Below are positions 9,802-19,802 of a stretch of DNA of 64,000 bases, one piece after another. Position 1 is the first letter of the stretch. Every line of letters begins with the position of its first letter. The notes under the pieces are model-generated. The model saw only the letters and a list, made by a program, of their open reading frames with translations, was not told the origin of the DNA and did no database searches. Origin of the DNA: Pirellulales bacterium (GTDB lineage Bacteria > Planctomycetota > Planctomycetia > Pirellulales > PALSA-1355); assembly GCA_963733035.1 (NCBI GenBank), contig CAVTBU010000005.1:1248001-1312000 (forward strand), in the 5' to 3' direction. The position numbers and the translations under genes were made by a program.

Positions 9802-10830
9802 GTGACACGCACTGCTTGCATCGCCTTGATCTCGCTATTGCTGGCATCACCAGCACTGGCCCAGGAATGGGCCGTCAAGATGTTCAATACCACAACCCAC
9901 GACTTTGGCACCGTCGCCAAGGGTTCGAAGGCGGAATTTCGCTTTCAGGTCAAGAACATCTATGAGGAGGATGTCCACATCGAGTCCGTACGCTCGAGTT
10001 GCGGCTGCACCACGCCCCAAATCACACGCGCGGACCTCAAGACTTTCGAAACCGGCGAAATCGTCGCCGAGTTCAATACGCGCAACTTCACGGGCCACAA
10101 GTCGGCGACCTTGGAGGTCACGCTCGACAAGCCGTTCCATGCCGTGGTGCAACTGAATATCACCGGTTTCATTCGCAGCGATGTTGTTACGCAGCCCGGC
10201 GCAATCGACTTTGGAACGGTCGATCAAGGGACTGCCGCGGTGCAAAAGCTACACGTGACGTACGCTGGCCGCGACGATTGGAGGATCCTGGATGCCAAGA
10301 CCGCCGACCCCTGGTACGAAGTGGAAATGACGGAAACCGCCCGGGGTAACGGCCGGGTAGCGTACGACCTGCTCGTGCGGATGACGAAGGATGCCCCCGT
10401 GGGCTATGTGAAGGACGAACTGATCCTGGTAACAAGCGACGCCCAGGCGCGCGAATTCCCCGTCGATCTGCAAGGCCGGGTTATGTCGGAAATCACGATC
10501 AGTCCCAGCAAGCTGTTCCTGGGAGTCGTCAACCCCGGGCAGAAGGTCACGAAGAATCTCGTCGTCCGCGGTAAGAAACCGTTCAAGATTACGAGCATCG
10601 AATGCCCCGATTGCTTTAAAATCGAGCCCTCGCAAGACTCGAAAGTCGTGCACCTCATTCCAGTCGTGTTCACCGCCGGCGACGAAGCCGGGCGAGTGGC
10701 GCAGAAGATCAGCATCCATACCGATCAGGGCGACGTGGTGCAGGCGTTCACCGCATTTGCGGAAGTGGTCGAGCCCGACGCCGCGACGCCGACCGGCGCC
10801 TCGGATGCGACTGGAACCGTCCAGCCGTAG
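9802..10830 (+). CDS. Secreted DUF1573 domain-containing protein
   Basis: Signal peptide ending ALA-QEWA; HDFGTV...F.VKN...VRSSCGCT motif; repeated Ig-like beta segments. GTG start inferred. Confidence 0.85.
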   Translation: MTRTACIALISLLLASPALAQEWAVKMFNTTTHDFGTVAKGSKAEFRFQVKNIYEEDVHIESVRSSCGCTTPQITRADLKTFETGEIVAEFNTRNFTGHKSATLEVTLDKPFHAVVQLNITGFIRSDVVTQPGAIDFGTVDQGTAAVQKLHVTYAGRDDWRILDAKTADPWYEVEMTETARGNGRVAYDLLVRMTKDAPVGYVKDELILVTSDAQAREFPVDLQGRVMSEITISPSKLFLGVVNPGQKVTKNLVVRGKKPFKITSIECPDCFKIEPSQDSKVVHLIPVVFTAGDEAGRVAQKISIHTDQGDVVQAFTAFAEVVEPDAATPTGASDATGTVQP

Positions 10831-10840
10831 GAAGCGTCTC

Positions 10841-11062
10841 TTAAAGCGAACGCTCTGCCACGCTCTGCTTGGCATGCGGTCCGAATGACGCGAGTTCCAC
10901 GAGTTGCCGGTCCGCGGCGGAATTATTGGCCGGACAACTTCCACATTGTCCGCAGGCACCGGACTTCTTTTGGGCTAGCGTTTGCCAGACGAGGCGCACG
11001 ACGTACAGCGCGGCCGCGGCCACAATCACCAGCACGAAGTTATTCTGCCAGTCGAGGTTCAT
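10841..11062 (-). CDS. FeoB-associated Cys-rich membrane protein
   Basis: Single N-terminal TM followed by CGQCGSC; directly downstream of feoB. Confidence 0.85.
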   Translation of the reverse strand: MNLDWQNNFVLVIVAAAALYVVRLVWQTLAQKKSGACGQCGSCPANNSAADRQLVELASFGPHAKQSVAERSL

Positions 11063-11089
11063 CTCGATCCTCGCGGTTTTCGGGTACGG

Positions 11090-13360
11090 CTAAAGCGGCG
11101 GTAAACGCATGCCAACCTGATAGGTCAACATGGCCCCAAAGTAGGCTAGCGTTGTCATGTAGGCAAACGTGAACACGGGCCAACGCCAACTGTTCGTTTC
11201 CCGGCGAATAACAACCAGCGTCGCGGCGCACTGCGCACACAGCGCGAAAAAAACCATGATCGAAAGCGCTACCGGAATACTATAGACCGGCTCACCGGTA
11301 TCGTCCCACACGGCCGCCTTCATCCGGGCACCTAGCCGGTCTTGGTCGGACGTTTCACCAACGTCAAGATCGCCTCCCAGATTATAAATCACTCCCAACA
11401 CACCCATCACCACCTCACGGGCGGGAAACGAAGCGATCGCGGCGCAACCGATCCGCCAGTCCCAGCCCAAGGGTCGCACGGCTGGCTCGATGCCTCGTCC
11501 GACGCGCCCCAGAAAACTCTCGCGCTGGTAGACGGCGGCAATCGCGTTTTCGGCATCGCCTAGTTGCGCGGCAACGGCAGCGGCCCGCGGCGCATTCTCG
11601 GGCAGCAATGCCAACTCGGCCGCCAGGGCATCGCGACGCGGAGCGAGCACCTCGTCGACTTCGGCCGCGTTATGCGGGTAATACGAAACAGCCCAGATTA
11701 GTACCGAAACGGCGAGGATCAAGGTGCCCGCGCGATACACGAACGACCATCCGCGCTCGGCCATTCGTAGCAGCACCATTCGTGGAGACGGCCATTTGTA
11801 CGTCGGCAGTTCCATCACAAAGGGGGGAGTTGGCCCGCGTAACATCGTCCGCTTGAGCACGAGGGCCACCACGGCCGCCGTCGCGATGCCCAACACGTAC
11901 ATCGAAAACAGGGTTAAGCCCTGCAGCGGCACAATGCCCGCTAGATTGACGGCCGGGATAAACGCCCCGATCAGGATCGCATACACCGGAAGCCGCGCGC
12001 TACAACTCATGAGTGGAGCAACCAGAATCGTGGTAATCCGGTCGCGGCGGTTTTCGATGACGCGCGTGGCCATGACGCCAGGAACGGCACAGGCGAACGA
12101 CGATAGCAGCGGAATGAATGACTTGCCGCTCAAGCCGACGCGGACCATCAGTTTGTCCATCAGGTAGGCGGCCCGGGCCATGTATCCGCAGTCTTCGAGA
12201 ACGGCGAGAAAGAAGAACAGAAACAGAATTTGTGGCAGGAAGATCAGCACGCTGCCGACTCCGCCAATCACACCGTCGACCAGCAGCGACTGCAACGGGC
12301 CCTGTGACAATTGCGTGGAGACCCACTCGCCCAGCCCGCCGATCCACTGGTCGATTTTGCCCATCAGCGGATCGGCGAAGATGAAGACGGAAGAAAACAC
12401 CAACAGCATCATCGCGGCAAAAACAGCCGTGCCCCAAACGCGATGCGTAAGGATTCGATCGATCCGATCGCCGGCCGTTTCCACACGCTGCCGCGGGCGA
12501 GTGATCACCCCGGCGAGCACGCCGGCAACCCACGAATAGCGAGACTGGGCCTCGACGGCTGGAATGGGATAGCCGGCGGCGGCCAATCTTTTGCGAGCGG
12601 CCTGCAAATCAGCAACCGCGCCATTACCCTGCGCGTGTCGTCCCAGCGTGCCTTGCAAATAGCCGCTCGTATCGAGCAGCAATCGTTCGGCCAGGTAACG
12701 AGGCAGCGGTTCGCCGCCGTTCCGAGCCGCATCGGCGCCGCTGGAGGCGTTCTTTGCGTGGCTCGCCCAGGCCTGCTGCAGCCGGGCCGTCTCCTGCTGA
12801 AACTCCAACGGAAACGGGCTCAGGCGCGCCGCGGGTTGTTCAGCCGATAGCGCACCGGCCAATGCCGCCTTAAGTTCCGATAGCCCAACACGCCGATTCG
12901 CTTGAACCTCGACGACAGGCACACCCAATTGACTACGGAGCTTTTCAACGTCGATCGATAAGCCCTTCGAGCGTGCAATATCACCCATGTTGAGCGCAAC
13001 CACCACTGGCAAGCCAAGTTCAAGCACTTGACTGACGAGATACAGATTGCGCTCCAGATTGCTGGCGTCAACGATCGACAACACCGCGTCGACTTGCTGG
13101 ATGTCGTCGCGGCGGTGAAGCAACACGTCGACCGCGACCATTTCATCCGGCGAACGGGGAGCCAGGCTGTAGGTTCCCGGCAGGTCGACAAGCTGAAGCT
13201 GTTTGCCGTCGAGCAGCATGCTCCCCAACTTCTTCTCGACGGTTACCCCCGGATAGTTCCCCACCTGTTGTCGCACGCCCGCAAGCGCCGTGAACAACGT
13301 CGACTTGCCAGTGTTCGGATTGCCGATCAGGGCGACGGTGAACTTGGACCGCTCGGTCAT
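11090..13360 (-). CDS. feoB: Ferrous iron transport protein B
   Basis: GNPNTGKST, VGNYPGVTVEKK, DLPG, DASNLERNLYL, YMARAA, PFVMELP. Confidence 0.97.
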   Translation of the reverse strand: MTERSKFTVALIGNPNTGKSTLFTALAGVRQQVGNYPGVTVEKKLGSMLLDGKQLQLVDLPGTYSLAPRSPDEMVAVDVLLHRRDDIQQVDAVLSIVDASNLERNLYLVSQVLELGLPVVVALNMGDIARSKGLSIDVEKLRSQLGVPVVEVQANRRVGLSELKAALAGALSAEQPAARLSPFPLEFQQETARLQQAWASHAKNASSGADAARNGGEPLPRYLAERLLLDTSGYLQGTLGRHAQGNGAVADLQAARKRLAAAGYPIPAVEAQSRYSWVAGVLAGVITRPRQRVETAGDRIDRILTHRVWGTAVFAAMMLLVFSSVFIFADPLMGKIDQWIGGLGEWVSTQLSQGPLQSLLVDGVIGGVGSVLIFLPQILFLFFFLAVLEDCGYMARAAYLMDKLMVRVGLSGKSFIPLLSSFACAVPGVMATRVIENRRDRITTILVAPLMSCSARLPVYAILIGAFIPAVNLAGIVPLQGLTLFSMYVLGIATAAVVALVLKRTMLRGPTPPFVMELPTYKWPSPRMVLLRMAERGWSFVYRAGTLILAVSVLIWAVSYYPHNAAEVDEVLAPRRDALAAELALLPENAPRAAAVAAQLGDAENAIAAVYQRESFLGRVGRGIEPAVRPLGWDWRIGCAAIASFPAREVVMGVLGVIYNLGGDLDVGETSDQDRLGARMKAAVWDDTGEPVYSIPVALSIMVFFALCAQCAATLVVIRRETNSWRWPVFTFAYMTTLAYFGAMLTYQVGMRLPPL

Positions 13361-13426
13361 GGTGGCAAGGTTGGAACAAAGTTTGGCGGCGTGGAGTGGG
13401 GTCCGATGGTCCACGGGGTAGTCGGC

Positions 13427-13654
13427 CTAGAGCGGTTCGACACGAACCCGGCTCGCTTCGCTACGGCGCACGCTGAGGCGATAGCCCCGCAACTCCAACT
13501 CGAGCGGATCGCCAAGCGGCGCGGTTCCGACGATCGTGACTTCGACACCTGGCGTGAGCCCCATTTCCAGCAGACGCATGCTGAGATCGTCGTCGCCATC
13601 AATCGCGCTAACGCGAATGCAGGCACCGACCGGCATTTCCGCCAGCAGGCTCAA
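13427..13654 (-). CDS. feoA: Ferrous iron transport protein A
   Basis: RLLEMGLTPG...APLGDPLELELRGYRLSVRRSEA; TTG start overlaps the upstream TGA. Confidence 0.92.
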   Translation of the reverse strand: MSLLAEMPVGACIRVSAIDGDDDLSMRLLEMGLTPGVEVTIVGTAPLGDPLELELRGYRLSVRRSEASRVRVEPL

Positions 13655-13896
13655 CTCGCGTCTCCCCGCCGCACCAGCACGCTCAACAAATCGTCCGCGC
13701 GAAAACACAGCTTGTGTCCCGCCAGCCGCACGATGCAAGGACTGCCGCTTTGCACCATTTCGATCGACGCGCCGCCACGCAGGCCTAACTCTTCCAAACG
13801 GTGCACCTGATCGGGCTGGCCCACAATCTGATCGACTTCGGCCAACTGGCCGCTCGGCAACAAACTCAAGGGGATCAACTCTTGAACGTACGACAT
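13651..13896 (-). CDS. feoA: FeoA family protein (second copy)
   Basis: PLSLLPSGQLAEV...RLEELGLRGGASIEMVQSGSPCIVRL. Confidence 0.88.
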   Translation of the reverse strand: MSYVQELIPLSLLPSGQLAEVDQIVGQPDQVHRLEELGLRGGASIEMVQSGSPCIVRLAGHKLCFRADDLLSVLVRRGDAS

Positions 13897-13907
13897 GGCA
13901 CCGGCTT

Positions 13908-13964
13908 TTTATTGAGACTCATTATCAGCAATAGAATTCTAGGCAATCCGGGCCGGGCTTGCAA
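13908..13964 (-). promoter_or_regulatory. Sigma-70 promoter plus Fur box of the feo operon
   Basis: Minus strand TTGCAA (13964-13959), 17 bp, TAGAAT (13941-13936). GATAATGAGTCTCAATAAA (13926-13908) matches 13/19 positions of the GATAATGATAATCATTATC Fur consensus. Confidence 0.8.
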
Positions 13965-14010
13965 TTGGCTGGATCCGGCCGGTCACAGAATTCCGCGCCG
14001 CCGTGCCTCG

Positions 14011-15600
14011 CTAGTGGGGATCGACCGGTGTCTGGGGGAAATCGTCCGTCTTGGCAAAATGCGACTCAAGTGCTTGCATGACGGCCAACGCCACATCCTC
14101 CCGCCAGGGTCGAGCCGCCACCTGTACCCCAATGGGCAGGCCGAAACTGCTGGCATCCACTTCGCCGGCCGCGCGCAATACCACATCGCGGCTCGGAATC
14201 CGGCCCGCCTGCTCGTTGGCCAAGACGCGGGTCACCGGAACCACACCGGCCGGCACTCCCAACACATTCGCCCAGTACAAATAGCTGCCGGCCAGGGCAA
14301 GGTGTGCCGTATCGCCGTGGCGCAGAGCCGGCAAGGCGTGCGGAGGACACAACAGGGCGTCCAAACGTGCCGCACTCCAGGCAGCAAAAAACCGCTCGGC
14401 ATACGCGGCACGCGCGAGCGAAAGCTGCCAGTAGCCATCTGCCGAACGGCGCCCAACCATCCGCAACAGCGCTGCCGTGCGTCGCTGGCCGACGAGCGAA
14501 GCGCCACCTGCCAGCAGCCACCGCAACAGGCGCGGCGATCTAGCCAGCAACAGTAGACGTTTTACACGCCAATCGCGCGGTCCGGAACCAATCAGCCGGG
14601 CCGCGTCGGCCCCGCCATCGGCGCTGAGCAGCCCAAAGTACAATCGCACGGCTTCGTGCATGTCGGGCGGCTGAAAACTTTGCACGTGCGCGCCGAGTTG
14701 TCGCAATGCTGCGGCAGCCTCCTCCACCCCTCGCACCACCGCCGGCGACGGTGAGAAGCAGCCATCATCCGTCCAAACTCCGATCCGCAGCTGCGACACA
14801 TCCACGTCGGCAGGATTACCCAGTGGAACGGGCGCGATCTGCGAATCGATCTCATTTTCGTTGAGGGTCGTCAGGACCTTCAGCGCGACGTACAAGTCCT
14901 CGACATGCCTTGCAATCGGACCGGGTTGGGGCCGGATGGACTCCATGCCGCGCAGGTTGTCGCGCGTGCCGGCGTTGGTCAGCCGGAGCGTCGTCGGTTT
15001 GATGCCGGTAACTCCACAGCAATGGGCCGGAAAGCGGATGCTGCCGCCAATGTCGTTCGCCAGGCCTAGCGGCGAGCCACCGGCCGCGATTATCGCGGCC
15101 TCTCCACCACTCGATCCGCCCGGCACGCGGTCGACGTTCCAGGGATTGTTCGTGCGGCCGAAGAGGGGATTATCGCACTCGTGCATCAGCATCAATTGGG
15201 GCAGATTCGTCTTGCCCAGCACGATCGCCCCGGCGCTATGCAAGCGCTCGACGAGCGGACTGTCGCGGGTCATGATTTCGCCGGCGAATCGCTGAATGCC
15301 TTCCGTGGCGGCCGTGCCTGCCAGATGAAAACACTCCTTGATGGTGATCGGCACGCCGTGCAAAGGGCCGAGCGGCTGGCCGCTACGTACGGCCTCGTCG
15401 GCGGCCAGGGCTTCCTGTCGGGCCTGGTCAAAGCGGGGCACGACAACGGCATTCAGCCGCGAATTGACCTTCTCGATACGAAGAATGTGCGCATCGACGA
15501 GTTCGACGCTCGATAGTTGACCGGATGCGATTTGCCGCGCCATCTCGCTGGCCGAATTCCGGAGCAAATCTGCGACCGTCTGCGAAGCACCCTGTTTCAT
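14011..15600 (-). CDS. Amidase signature family enzyme (FAAH-like)
   Basis: GPLHGVPITIKE, GKTN, GGSSGGEAA, DIGGSIRFPA. Confidence 0.93.
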   Translation of the reverse strand: MKQGASQTVADLLRNSASEMARQIASGQLSSVELVDAHILRIEKVNSRLNAVVVPRFDQARQEALAADEAVRSGQPLGPLHGVPITIKECFHLAGTAATEGIQRFAGEIMTRDSPLVERLHSAGAIVLGKTNLPQLMLMHECDNPLFGRTNNPWNVDRVPGGSSGGEAAIIAAGGSPLGLANDIGGSIRFPAHCCGVTGIKPTTLRLTNAGTRDNLRGMESIRPQPGPIARHVEDLYVALKVLTTLNENEIDSQIAPVPLGNPADVDVSQLRIGVWTDDGCFSPSPAVVRGVEEAAAALRQLGAHVQSFQPPDMHEAVRLYFGLLSADGGADAARLIGSGPRDWRVKRLLLLARSPRLLRWLLAGGASLVGQRRTAALLRMVGRRSADGYWQLSLARAAYAERFFAAWSAARLDALLCPPHALPALRHGDTAHLALAGSYLYWANVLGVPAGVVPVTRVLANEQAGRIPSRDVVLRAAGEVDASSFGLPIGVQVAARPWREDVALAVMQALESHFAKTDDFPQTPVDPH

Positions 15601-15888
15601 GGCGTTGCCTTCTACGGGGGCGACTTGTGCGTTTCAGGCGGTGGGCGTCCAGCCGCTGCCAATAAGTTTACCCGAAAGCACGTTGCCAGTGGGCACTGCG
15701 CGAGGCGCGCGGAAATGGTTCCACAGCGCTGCGAGGTCGGAGTTCGCTCGCCATCGGACAATCAAATCGGTTTCCAGCAACCGTGGTGGCCGAAAGCGCG
15801 CTACTCATCAGCGGTGCCGTCGCTTCCCTTGCGATCGGCACTCTCACATATTTCGGCCCAGCTACGTGAGCCATCCGCCGGGCCAGAC

Positions 15889-18759
15889 TTAGTTGCCCGC
15901 CGGCGCCACCTTCATCGTCATGCCGCTCCACACGACTGTCGGATCCGAACCCTCGTAGCCGGAAATCTGCTGCTCGGGATCGTCCACGATGGTTCCCAGG
16001 GCAAGAACCGTGTCGCCGGCGGCCACGGCCGGTTGCTCGGCCGTGACGATCGTCATTAATGGAGCCTCCGGATTACTGCCCAGGCGCGTCTTCGTGTAGA
16101 ACAACTTGCCGACTTGCTCGGCGCTTTCAACCGTACCGGAGACGACGACGCCGTTCGTGGTTCGCTTGGGGAATCCGATCCAACGAGCACCGAACACTTT
16201 CAGCGCTTCCAGCCGTTTGGGATCGGCAGCTAGCTGTTGCTTGAGAGTCGGAGCGAGAGCCTGAAGCTGCGGATCGAGCTGCGCCGCTCCTTCGCCCAAT
16301 TGGGCCGACGTGATGACGCCGGCCATGCCAAATAAATTGACGTAGAACGCCGCCCGGGCTTTCCGCAGTTGGGCCTCGTCGCCGGTGGCTTCGGCCGCCA
16401 TGAGCTGCTGACCCGCGGCGAGCGTCGTCTGCATCGCGTCGGTCACGTCGGCGGGGGAAGCGGGCTGCACGTTTCGCGGGCCGAGCGTTTCGGCCGGCGC
16501 GGTGGGCTCGGGCAAGGGTTCACCAGCAGCCGGTTCGGCCGGAGCAGGCGCGAAGAGTTCGTCGGCGGCCGGCGTCGTGGCCTCGGGTTGCGCAGGAGTC
16601 GTTTCCGGTTTGGCCGGTTCCGGGGCAAACAGATCGTCGGCCGCCGGCTTGTCGGCAGGCATTTCGGCCGGGGCTGGGGCAAACGGATCAGGCTCGGCCG
16701 GCGTTGCCGTGGGCGCATCGGCCGGTTTGTCTTCCGGCGCCGGTGCGAACGGATCTGGCTCGGCCGGCACATCCGCCGGAGTTTCAGGAGCAGGCGCAAA
16801 CGGATCCTTTTCCGCAGGCTTCTCGGCTGGTGCCGGCGCAAAGGGGTCTTCTTCCGTCGGTTTCTCAGCTGGCGCCGGTGCAAAAGGATCCGCGGCTGCC
16901 GGCGTTTCGGCAGGCGTGTCTCCCGCGGCGGGTGCGAACGGATCGGTGCCCGCCGGCATTTCCTCCGCTGGCTTCTCGTCGGCCGCGGGAGCAAACGGGT
17001 CCTCTTCGGCAGGTGCTGGCTGCGCTTTCGCATCCGGCGCGAACAGGTCATCTTCGGCGGCCGCCGGTTTCGCTTCGGGTGCCGGTCCAAACGGATCGGC
17101 TGCAGCTGGCGTCTCGGCAGGCTTCTCGGCTGGCGCCGGTGCAAACGGGTCTGTATCCGCCGCCGCTTCGGCGGGAGCGGCGGCGGGAGTGTCAGCCGAT
17201 GGAGCGAACAAGTCGTCGCTCGGCTCAGCAGGCATTTCCTCTGCCGGTTTCGCGTCGGCCGACGGAGCAAACGGATCAGCTGCCTCAGGTTCGGCAAGGT
17301 CCTCGGCTGGCGCCTCGGCGGTCGGCGGCGTCAAACTCGGAGCCACGTCGGCGGGCTCCTCGCTCGGCATTTCTTCGGGCGCGGGCTCGGCCGCATCGCT
17401 GACAGGACGCTCGGCAACGTGCTCGGTTGCGGCGTCTGCGGTCGGCTCCTCAGCAGCAGGCTCCTCAGAGGGCGTTTGGGGAACCGTCGCAGCCGGCGCG
17501 GGCACCGGCGGAGTGTATTGTGCCAGTTGGGTCGGCTGCTTGCTGAACTCCGCAGGCAGCATGGCGCTGGGCAAAAAGTTGCCCAGGCCGAGGAAGTCGT
17601 AGTCCTTGGAAATCCACAGCGCGCCGTACAGCGCGATTGGAATTGCAATCACCGCGGGCAACGCGACGCTCACGAGCGATCCGACCAGCGAACGCTTCGG
17701 CTTGTCGCCGTCCGCCAGGGCAACTCTCGCTTTCTTTTCCTTCTTCTTCTTTTCCTTCTTTTTGCCGTTCTTGCCGGTCGCTTCCTCTTCACCATCGTCG
17801 GCAACGGGGCCAGCGACAGGTACTGCGGACATGTCGAGCGGCAAATCGTCCACGTCGCCGGAGGCATCCACACGGATGTCCTCGAACTCACGCAGCTCGC
17901 CCTCTTCGCCGGCGGCGTCAGCCTCAGGAGCGTCGAAGTTGAATTCAACCTCGTCGCCTTCAGTCGCCATGGACTCGAACTGAACGGTTTCGGCCTGATC
18001 GTCAACCGGTTCGCCAAAGTCCAGGTTGGCCACGTCGCCCTCGCTGGAGTCGTCCAACGCTTCCTCACCAATCGGGGCACCAAAGTCGAGCGTCATGTCG
18101 CCACCCGATGCTTCAGCCCCTTCGAGATCAAACTTGACTTCCTCCTCAGGCGAGTCATCGAATGAGTCGCTCATCTCAGAGCCGAACTCGAGCGTCTCGG
18201 CATTTGTTGGCTCAACTTGCTCTTTTTCTTCCGCAAGCGAGCTGTTGCCGAAGTCGAGTGCCAACTCGGCCTCGTCTCCCAAGTCGAGTGCCTCTTCGGC
18301 TTCGGCAGGGGCCTCGGGAGCAGCGAAGTCGAGCAGTGCGTCGTCCGCTTCGCCGGTCGACTCTGGAGGTTGTTCCACAGGCGACTCGATCGTCGAGGCG
18401 GAAACATCGTCGACGACCGTTTCGGCTCCCGCCTCTTGTCCGTTGTCAGAATCGAATTCGAGGCCGTCCATTTCGAGGCTGCCGAGTTCAAGGGTATCGG
18501 CTTCGCTCGTCTCATCATCGTCAAGTCCAGCAGTCGCAATTGGCTGGCCTACTTCATCTGCAGGGGATGCGTCAAACAACTCCGCTGGCAAGGCTTCGTC
18601 CGCGTCGTCGACGACCTCCAATAATGGCGGCATATTCACGAGCGCATCGGCCAACGTGTAGTGAGCATGACAAAGCGGGCAGCGCACCGTGGTCTCGTTG
18701 CGAACCCCAACGGGCAGCGTGACCTGGGCGGAACATCGCGGGCAAGAAGTGGTCGACAT
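15889..18759 (-). CDS. Large bitopic membrane protein: N-terminal Zn ribbon, acidic region, TM helix, Pro/Ala-rich DPFAP repeats, C-terminal globular domain
   Basis: CPRC...CPLC at the N-terminus, Lys-rich stretch before one TM, GGAGGG RBS, 956-aa open frame. Confidence 0.85.
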   Translation of the reverse strand: MSTTSCPRCSAQVTLPVGVRNETTVRCPLCHAHYTLADALVNMPPLLEVVDDADEALPAELFDASPADEVGQPIATAGLDDDETSEADTLELGSLEMDGLEFDSDNGQEAGAETVVDDVSASTIESPVEQPPESTGEADDALLDFAAPEAPAEAEEALDLGDEAELALDFGNSSLAEEKEQVEPTNAETLEFGSEMSDSFDDSPEEEVKFDLEGAEASGGDMTLDFGAPIGEEALDDSSEGDVANLDFGEPVDDQAETVQFESMATEGDEVEFNFDAPEADAAGEEGELREFEDIRVDASGDVDDLPLDMSAVPVAGPVADDGEEEATGKNGKKKEKKKKEKKARVALADGDKPKRSLVGSLVSVALPAVIAIPIALYGALWISKDYDFLGLGNFLPSAMLPAEFSKQPTQLAQYTPPVPAPAATVPQTPSEEPAAEEPTADAATEHVAERPVSDAAEPAPEEMPSEEPADVAPSLTPPTAEAPAEDLAEPEAADPFAPSADAKPAEEMPAEPSDDLFAPSADTPAAAPAEAAADTDPFAPAPAEKPAETPAAADPFGPAPEAKPAAAEDDLFAPDAKAQPAPAEEDPFAPAADEKPAEEMPAGTDPFAPAAGDTPAETPAAADPFAPAPAEKPTEEDPFAPAPAEKPAEKDPFAPAPETPADVPAEPDPFAPAPEDKPADAPTATPAEPDPFAPAPAEMPADKPAADDLFAPEPAKPETTPAQPEATTPAADELFAPAPAEPAAGEPLPEPTAPAETLGPRNVQPASPADVTDAMQTTLAAGQQLMAAEATGDEAQLRKARAAFYVNLFGMAGVITSAQLGEGAAQLDPQLQALAPTLKQQLAADPKRLEALKVFGARWIGFPKRTTNGVVVSGTVESAEQVGKLFYTKTRLGSNPEAPLMTIVTAEQPAVAAGDTVLALGTIVDDPEQQISGYEGSDPTVVWSGMTMKVAPAGN
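16545..17282 (-). repeat. Intragenic degenerate repeat encoding 14 DPFAP/DLFAP-type units
   Basis: Recurrent DPFAP, DPFGP, DLFAP and ELFAP motifs separated by PAE/KPA linkers. Confidence 0.85.
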
Positions 18760-18949
18760 AGTCCCTCCGGAATGTAAGGATCATGTCAAGTTTAGCACCG
18801 CATTCCCGGCGTTGTCCATGATTTGGAGGAGCCATAAATACCAGGCCGCGCAGTTTGCGGTCAGCCGGGACGCGACCGCCAACCGGACGGCGAATTCCGG
18901 TGAAATCCACCCCGAAAGCGCCTTTACCGACCTCGCAAAAGTGCCAACC

Positions 18950-19696
18950 ATGCCCGAGCCAAATGTCGACGACTTGTACGAGATCCGCAGCATTCGTTGC
19001 GCCGACGGCCCCGATCGAGAGGAGTTGTTCGGCTATCGACTGCTCCAACCTGAAACGGTCAACCCGGGCCAGCGGTACCCGTTGCTGCTCTACCTGCACG
19101 GCATCGGCGAGCGCGGAAGCGACAATCGGGCCCAACTCCGTTTTCTCCCCACATGGATGGCATCCGCCGTTCGGCGGCGTGAATTCCCTTGTTTTCTCCT
19201 CGCTCCGCAGTGTCGCGACACCAGCTACTGGGTGGAAACACCGCGGGCTTTTGATCGCGCGGCGCCGCGTCAGTCGCCTGGCCTAATGATGCAAGTGGTC
19301 ATTCGCGCTGTGGACGACGTGATCGCCCACTTTCCCGTCGATGAGCGGCGGCTCTACCTTACGGGCCTCTCGATGGGAGGCTATGGCAGTTGGGATCTAG
19401 GCACACGCCTTGCCGATCGCTGGGCGGCGGTGGCACCCATCTGTGGTGGCGGCGACGAGCTGTATGCAGATCGTCTGGCGGGCGTGCCTGTCTGGGCCTG
19501 GCACGGCGATGCCGACGACGTCGTGCCCGTCGGCAAATCGCGCAAGATGATTGAAGCCATTCGCGCCGCGGGCGGATCGCCGAGGTACACCGAACTGCCG
19601 GGCGTGGGCCACGATAGCTGGACGCCCGCCTATACCGCCGACGACGGCGTGATCCCGTGGCTGTTCGCACAGCGAAAACAATCTTGCGACCGATGA
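18950..19696 (+). CDS. Alpha/beta hydrolase (predicted peptidase/carboxylesterase)
   Basis: YPLLLYLHGIGERG, GLSMGG nucleophile elbow, WHGDADDVV, GVGHDSW. Confidence 0.9.
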   Translation: MPEPNVDDLYEIRSIRCADGPDREELFGYRLLQPETVNPGQRYPLLLYLHGIGERGSDNRAQLRFLPTWMASAVRRREFPCFLLAPQCRDTSYWVETPRAFDRAAPRQSPGLMMQVVIRAVDDVIAHFPVDERRLYLTGLSMGGYGSWDLGTRLADRWAAVAPICGGGDELYADRLAGVPVWAWHGDADDVVPVGKSRKMIEAIRAAGGSPRYTELPGVGHDSWTPAYTADDGVIPWLFAQRKQSCDR

Positions 19697-19716
19697 TTTA
19701 CTAAATTGATGCGGCG

Positions 19717-19746
19717 TTGACCCCCTTTTCCGCGGAGCGATATAAT
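19717..19746 (+). promoter_or_regulatory. Sigma-70 promoter of cysK
   Basis: TTGACC (19717-19722), 18 bp, TATAAT (19741-19746). Confidence 0.65.
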
Positions 19747-19802
19747 CCCGGGCGTCCAAGCCGCCGACTCACCAACGCCGCTTTATACGAGAGGACCTCC
19801 GC

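Noticed and set aside
16545..17282. Repeat-spacer-like DNA pattern suggestive of CRISPR
   Set aside because: Repeats are degenerate at third codon positions, in frame within a protein, irregularly spaced, and there are no cas genes.
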